Source: Christensenellales bacterium (lineage in GTDB: Bacteria > Bacillota > Clostridia > Christensenellales > CAG-138). From it: DNA of 48,538 bases. A program made the translations under genes and the position numbers. Each line of letters starts with the position of its first letter. Position 1 is the stretch's first letter. The notes under the pieces are model-generated. The model was not told the DNA's origin and searched no databases. It saw only the letters and a program-made list of their open reading frames with translations. Positions 46,081 through 48,538 of this stretch are shown in pieces. The DNA is taken from contig DBFNRV010000056.1 of the NCBI GenBank assembly GCA_048421225.1, positions 1-48,538 of the forward strand. Reading direction: 5' to 3'.

Positions 46081-46755
46081 ATGGCCGATATAATTCAAAA
46101 CATCTTTAGAAATAAAAAAGCGAGTCCATCCAAACTTGCTCTTTTTGGATTTAAACAAGAAGATTCTTGCTATATCTATCACAAAGCCCTTTGCGATAGC
46201 GGATTTATGTTAACCATTTACATCACGGCAGAGGGAGAAATAGCAACAGAGGTTATTGATCCTACGCTTAATGAACCCTACACGCTACACCTCGCTGATG
46301 GCGCTGCGGGAAGCTTTGTAGGTAAAATCAAAGGCCAATACGAAGAAACCCTTTTAGAAATTGCTAACAAATGCTTTGAGTCCAATGTTTTCAAATCTAA
46401 ACAGGCGGAGGAAGTGATTGCCTATGTCAGAAATATATATGGGGATGAACTTGAATTCCTATGGCGGAAATTTCCGGATAATGCGGTCTGGCGCAGACAA
46501 GACACAAAAAAGTGGTATGGGGCGTTACTCACCGTATCCAAACGTAAGTTAGGCGCCAAATCCGATGAGACGGTGGAAATAATCGATCTGCGTATTCGAC
46601 CGGAAGATTTGGAAGCCCTGATCGATAACGAAAAATACTTTCCCGGTTATCACATGAACAAAGAACATTGGTATACGATCATCCTTGATGATTCCGTCCC
46701 GCTTGAGGAAATCTGCCGCAGAATAGACGGCAGCTACCTGTTGGCGGTCAAGTAA
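46081..46755 (+). CDS. MmcQ/YjbR family DNA-binding protein with N-terminal extension
   Basis: The C-terminal half, FPDNAVWRRQDTKKWYGALL...YFPGYHMNKEHWYTIILD, is the MmcQ/YjbR signature. Confidence 0.8.
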   Translation: MADIIQNIFRNKKASPSKLALFGFKQEDSCYIYHKALCDSGFMLTIYITAEGEIATEVIDPTLNEPYTLHLADGAAGSFVGKIKGQYEETLLEIANKCFESNVFKSKQAEEVIAYVRNIYGDELEFLWRKFPDNAVWRRQDTKKWYGALLTVSKRKLGAKSDETVEIIDLRIRPEDLEALIDNEKYFPGYHMNKEHWYTIILDDSVPLEEICRRIDGSYLLAVK

Positions 46756-47116
46756 ACAATTTTTATCTGTCAAGAAATATGCAAGTTTACATTGTTAGGC
46801 TTATTGGGAACGGTCGTCTTTGGAGAAAAAGGTAGATACGAATACCAGCAATAGAATAGCTGCAAGCAGCGTTTGAGCGTACACACATCACTCAAACCGC
46901 TTGTTCATCCCCAAGCCCTTGGAACAACCCCTGATAGGGCGGCCACGCTCCTTTCAGGAGCTGAACAATGGGTGATGCCGACTTTAGGCCGCCCGGAATG
47001 GAGCGCATGGGCCTGTTTGAGAATACGGAAAAGGCATAACCATATCTTTACACCACAGGTTTCAGGTAATAAAAATAGTGTTGTTTTTGAGTGTACAGAA
47101 AATTGTGGACTCCTGT

Positions 47117-47145
47117 AAACTCGCATGGTTACTAAGTTTTTGATG
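47117..47145. repeat. 29-nt repeat copy 2
   Basis: AAACTCGCATGGTTACTAAGTTTTTGATG is a direct repeat of 45865-45893, located 1252 nt downstream. Confidence 0.5.
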
Positions 47146-47520
47146 TGTCAGATGTATGTTATGTATGGTTGAAACGGAAATGGTGCGCTGCCGCCTTTTG
47201 GGCTCCCGAACCCTATGAAAGCTTATAAAAAGCGGTGGAAAGATATCATACAAACGTCGTTTCATAGATTGATAGCTATCCTCATTTGGAGACAAAAGCA
47301 GAACAGCACATTCTTTTCCGGTACGTTTTTACAGAGTAGAAACTTCCGTAAAACTGCTTGTTGGGAAGTATTGTCAAGCCCCTTGCCTATTTCTCTAATG
47401 AGTACCATTTTAGTTGGTAGAAGTCTTGCTGTTATTATGATAAAATGCAAGATAAGCAAAGTCTGTGCTTGTAAGGTTAAACTAGCGGCTAATTTATATT
47501 CTGCACAAAGGAGGGTTGTG

Positions 47521-48285
47521 ATGAGATCGTATTCAATCGTTGATTATTTTGGTTATAATCTATCGCCGCAGGAAAGAATGAATATTATAAAAGAGGCGGG
47601 ATTTTCCGGTGTTATTTTGTTGTGGACTAACCAATTTGACAGCGACTATAGAGATTTTCCTAAATATGCAGAAAAAGCGGGGCTATATGTAGAAAATACC
47701 CACGCCCCTTATTTGCAAGCCAACTCACTGTGGATAGATAGCCTAAACGGGCAAGAATATGCTGATGTCCTTATTGGATGTATTAAGGACTGTGCGGTAT
47801 ATAGCATTCCTACACTGGTTATGCATCCGACAAACGGAAAAACTCCTTTACCGACAAGTGATATTGGCATTGAACGACTTAAACGAATTGTTGGCGAAGC
47901 AGAAAAATTAAACATAAATTTAGCAATAGAAAATATCGAAACTCCGAAATATCTTGAATATATTTTCAGCAAAATCCAGTCCGAAAAATTAGGCTTTTGT
48001 TTTGATAGCGGACACCATAATTTTTATTCTCCAGAGCTCAATTTGCTCGATTTATACGGCGATAAACTTATGGCGCTACATTTGCACGACAACAATGGCA
48101 AAGAAGATATGCACGCGCTTCCATATTCGGGAAGTATCGATTGGAAAAAGATCTCATCAAAACTTATCGCCCTCGATTATCGAGGCGCTATTGCTCTGGA
48201 AACATTAAATAAAGGATTTGAAAAAATTAAATCTCCATTAGAATTTCTAAAGGTTGCAATAGATAGAGCAAGACAAATTTTATAG
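47521..48285 (+). CDS. Sugar phosphate isomerase/epimerase (xylose isomerase-like TIM barrel)
   Basis: The motif order LVMHP, LAIEN, FCFDSGHHN, HLHDN and ALE matches the AP-endonuclease-2/xylose-isomerase-like TIM barrel metal ligands. ATG 47521 follows AAAGGAGGG. The long upstream extension in the ORF track is not credible. Confidence 0.85.
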   Translation: MRSYSIVDYFGYNLSPQERMNIIKEAGFSGVILLWTNQFDSDYRDFPKYAEKAGLYVENTHAPYLQANSLWIDSLNGQEYADVLIGCIKDCAVYSIPTLVMHPTNGKTPLPTSDIGIERLKRIVGEAEKLNINLAIENIETPKYLEYIFSKIQSEKLGFCFDSGHHNFYSPELNLLDLYGDKLMALHLHDNNGKEDMHALPYSGSIDWKKISSKLIALDYRGAIALETLNKGFEKIKSPLEFLKVAIDRARQIL

Positions 48286-48365
48286 TTTCCTATCTATATA
48301 CGCTATCGTTAGCAACGAAAATCTTTTGATTGTTATCTGCGTCAATGTATACGCCTATATTTGTA

Positions 48366-48397
48366 AACAAAAAAAGTCCGAAAGCATCTCGCTTTCG
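48366..48397 (-). terminator. Rho-independent terminator after tRNA-Asn
   Basis: CGAAAGC (48379-48385) pairs with GCTTTCG (48391-48397), with a 5-nt loop. TTTTTTT follows on the minus strand. Confidence 0.7.
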
Positions 48398-48407
48398 AAC
48401 TTCTCTC

Positions 48408-48483
48408 TGGCTCCCCCTGTTGGACTCGAACCAACGACACTGCGGTTAACAGCCGCATGCTCTACCGACTGAGCTAAGGAGGA
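48408..48483 (-). tRNA. tRNA-Asn (GTT), CCA encoded
   Basis: The reverse complement reads TCCTCCTTAGCTCAGTCGGTAGAGCATGCGGCTGTTAACCGCAGTGTCGTTGGTTCGAGTCCAACAGGGGGAGCCA. Confidence 0.9.
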
Positions 48484-48510
48484 ATATGTCCGCAGTATCG
48501 CTACTGCGGG

Positions 48511-48538
48511 TGTCGGCATCAACCTATTTTCCCGGGCC
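48511..48538 (-). rRNA. rrf: Probable 3' end of a 5S rRNA (partial, runs off window)
   Basis: The reverse complement GGCCCGGGAAAATAGGTTGATGCCGACA resembles the conserved ...CCTGGGAGAGTAGGTCGCTGCC... 3' region of Firmicutes 5S rRNA. An 8-bp hairpin (48490-48509) separates it from tRNA-Asn. Only 28 nt are visible. Confidence 0.4.

Noticed and set aside
46873-47126. ORFs of 81 aa (+) and 73 aa (-) in the tract upstream of the isomerase gene.
   Set aside because: They are mutually antisense, have no RBS, and have Arg/Pro/Ser-rich or Cys/Leu-rich compositions. The region is better explained as non-coding and structured.
47215-47520. A 102-codon N-terminal extension of the isomerase ORF in the six-frame track.
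   Set aside because: The extension has an implausible composition and no RBS. ATG 47521 has a perfect AAAGGAGGG RBS, and homologous TIM-barrel proteins start there (MRSYS...).
1-48538. CRISPR arrays, IS or transposase genes, integrases, and prophage or conjugation genes.
   Set aside because: No regularly spaced repeats and no recognisable recombinase or transposase motifs were seen in any listed ORF.

Overview
This is a chromosomal segment from a roughly 50% GC Clostridia-type Firmicutes genome. The exact taxon cannot be named without a database search. Coding is dense and mostly housekeeping. It includes yhbY-obg-nth, yebC, a family-4 UDG, asnS, an ABC-2 exporter pair, a Na/Pi symporter, three class-I SAM methyltransferases, hslO, a THUMP RNA methyltransferase and a phosphohexomutase. 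It also includes an HtrA protease next to an OmpR/HisKA two-component pair, mutS2, a U32 peptidase, an AlaRS-like gene, and TetR, SGNH and SLOG genes. RNA genes are tRNA-Leu(GAG), a Val-Asp-Phe-Gly-Cys tRNA operon, tRNA-Asn(GTT) and the 3' tip of a 5S rRNA at the window edge. No CRISPR array, IS element or prophage block was seen. The best candidate for an undescribed system is a translationally coupled four-gene cassette on the minus strand at 11689-13883. It encodes a signal-peptide/TM protein with a His-rich cytoplasmic tail, an N-terminally membrane-anchored, unusually compact S8 subtilase-like protein, and two tandem paralogous ~100-aa proteins. Its first gene is clearly AT-richer than the flanks. 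Other items worth a second look: an ABC ATPase with a 1-nt frameshift just after Walker A; a SAM methyltransferase interrupted by one in-frame TAG; an XRE regulator fused to a desulfoferrodoxin-like module with a degenerate centre II; a ~600-aa AlaRS lacking the C-Ala domain and the editing beta-barrel; a DUF5685 / Cys-rich J-protein / membrane-protein module; and two long ORF-free tracts (813-1494 and 46756-47520). The second tract has nested GC helices and carries one copy of a 29-nt repeat; the two copies flank an mmcQ/yjbR gene. All family assignments come from motif recognition by eye. No searches were run.
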